In this document: piece by piece, positions 19,163 to 20,000 of the stretch
Position numbering within the stretch: the stretch's first letter is position 1
How the letters are laid out: each line of letters opens with the position of its first letter
NCBI GenBank assembly: GCA_038087875.1
Contig: JAXLNO010000169.1
Span: 49,184 to 69,183 of the forward strand
Source: Malacoraja senta
Lineage: Eukaryota
Direction: 5' to 3'
Length of the DNA: 20,000 nt
Position numbers and translations under genes: made by a program
The notes under the pieces: generated by a model
What the model was told of the DNA's origin: nothing
Database searches by the model: none
Seen by the model: only the letters and a program-made list of their open reading frames with translations

Positions 19163-19740
19163 CAAGGCAAGGCAAGGCAAGGCAAGGCAAGTTTATTTGT
19201 ATAGCACCTTTCAACCACAAGGTAATTCAAAGTGCTTTACATAAAACATTTAAAGCAGTTGAAAGAAACACATATAAAATGACATTTAGATATAAAATGA
19301 TTATTAGATTATTCAGATAATAATTACAAAATTAAAAGCAATCAAATAAAATATTTAAAATAGAATAAAACCAGGAATAGAAGTTACAGTGCAGTATAGG
19401 TAATTAATAAATTGTATTGTTTACTGAAAGGCAGCGGCAAACAGAAAAGTCTTAAGTCTAGATTTAAAAGAGCTGAGAGTTGCAGCAGACCTGCAGTTTT
19501 CTGGGAGTTTGTTCCAGATATGTGGTGCATAAAAACTAAATGCTGCCTCTCCATGTTTAGTTCTGACTCTGGGGACACAGAGCAGACCTGTCCCAGACGA
19601 TCTGAGAGGTCTGGGTGGTTCGTAGCTAAGCAGAAGATCAGAAATGTATTTTGGCCCTAAACCATTCAGAGCTTTGTAAACCAACAGTAGTATTTTGAAA
19701 TCAATTCTTTGACAGACAGGAAGCCAGTGTAAAGACCTCA
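19163..19740 (-). mobile_element. L2-clade LINE 3' fragment with (CCTTG)n tail and 8-bp TSD
   Basis: LRSLHWLPVCQRIDFKILLLVYKALNGLGPKYISDLL..PLRSSGTGLL.VPR..GEAAFSFYAPHIWNKLP..FKSRLKTFLF; 3' stem-loop AGCACTTTGAA..TTGAAAGGTGCT then AATAAA; CAGACAAG at 19159-19166 and 19739-19746. Confidence 0.92.
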
Positions 19741-20000
19741 GACAAGAAGTGGACTTGAGTAGATGGAGAGGTAGATGTGTGTGCGTTAACTCCCCTGCTG
19801 CTCAGCGTGACCTTTAGGGTATTTTTAAGCCTTCTGTCACGGTGCATTTTAAAACTGCCACCAAATTTGATTTCACAGTTCTGAAGTTTTTTACCCCATT
19901 CAGAATCTCTACATTTACATTGGCTTAGAGAACAGGCTCTTATGGCCGTGAAGATTCTACATATTTAACAACTTTGCACTTAAATCATACAAAATGTCAC

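Overview
Repeat-dense, essentially non-genic vertebrate DNA, almost certainly from a cartilaginous fish (skate/ray-like; inferred from the repeat families). Most of the window is nested non-LTR retroelement debris: many CR1-type LINE 3' fragments, about ten tRNA-headed V-SINE/HE1-like SINEs with (CTAAA)n tails, Rex1/Babar LINE pieces (including a 400-aa uninterrupted RT ORF at 12544-13746), Penelope-like pseudo-LTR fragments, an L2 3' fragment and two RTE-like short elements. No host gene can be confidently called; two micro-exon candidates are noted. The main result is two different very short (135 bp and ~190 bp), TSD-flanked, non-coding retroposons on the minus strand (5640-5774 and 2588-2779). 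Their 5' ends fold by hand into HDV-like (CPEB3-type) double-pseudoknot self-cleaving ribozymes and they share a TCAnATGnAAGAAGAA 3' tail, suggesting ribozyme-headed, promoter-less SINE-like families mobilised by a LINE. A minimal hammerhead core in the Penelope-like repeats (16484-16515) adds a second ribozyme class. Most repeat boundaries are approximate (+/-10-20 bp); family names come from recognising motifs, not from a database search.
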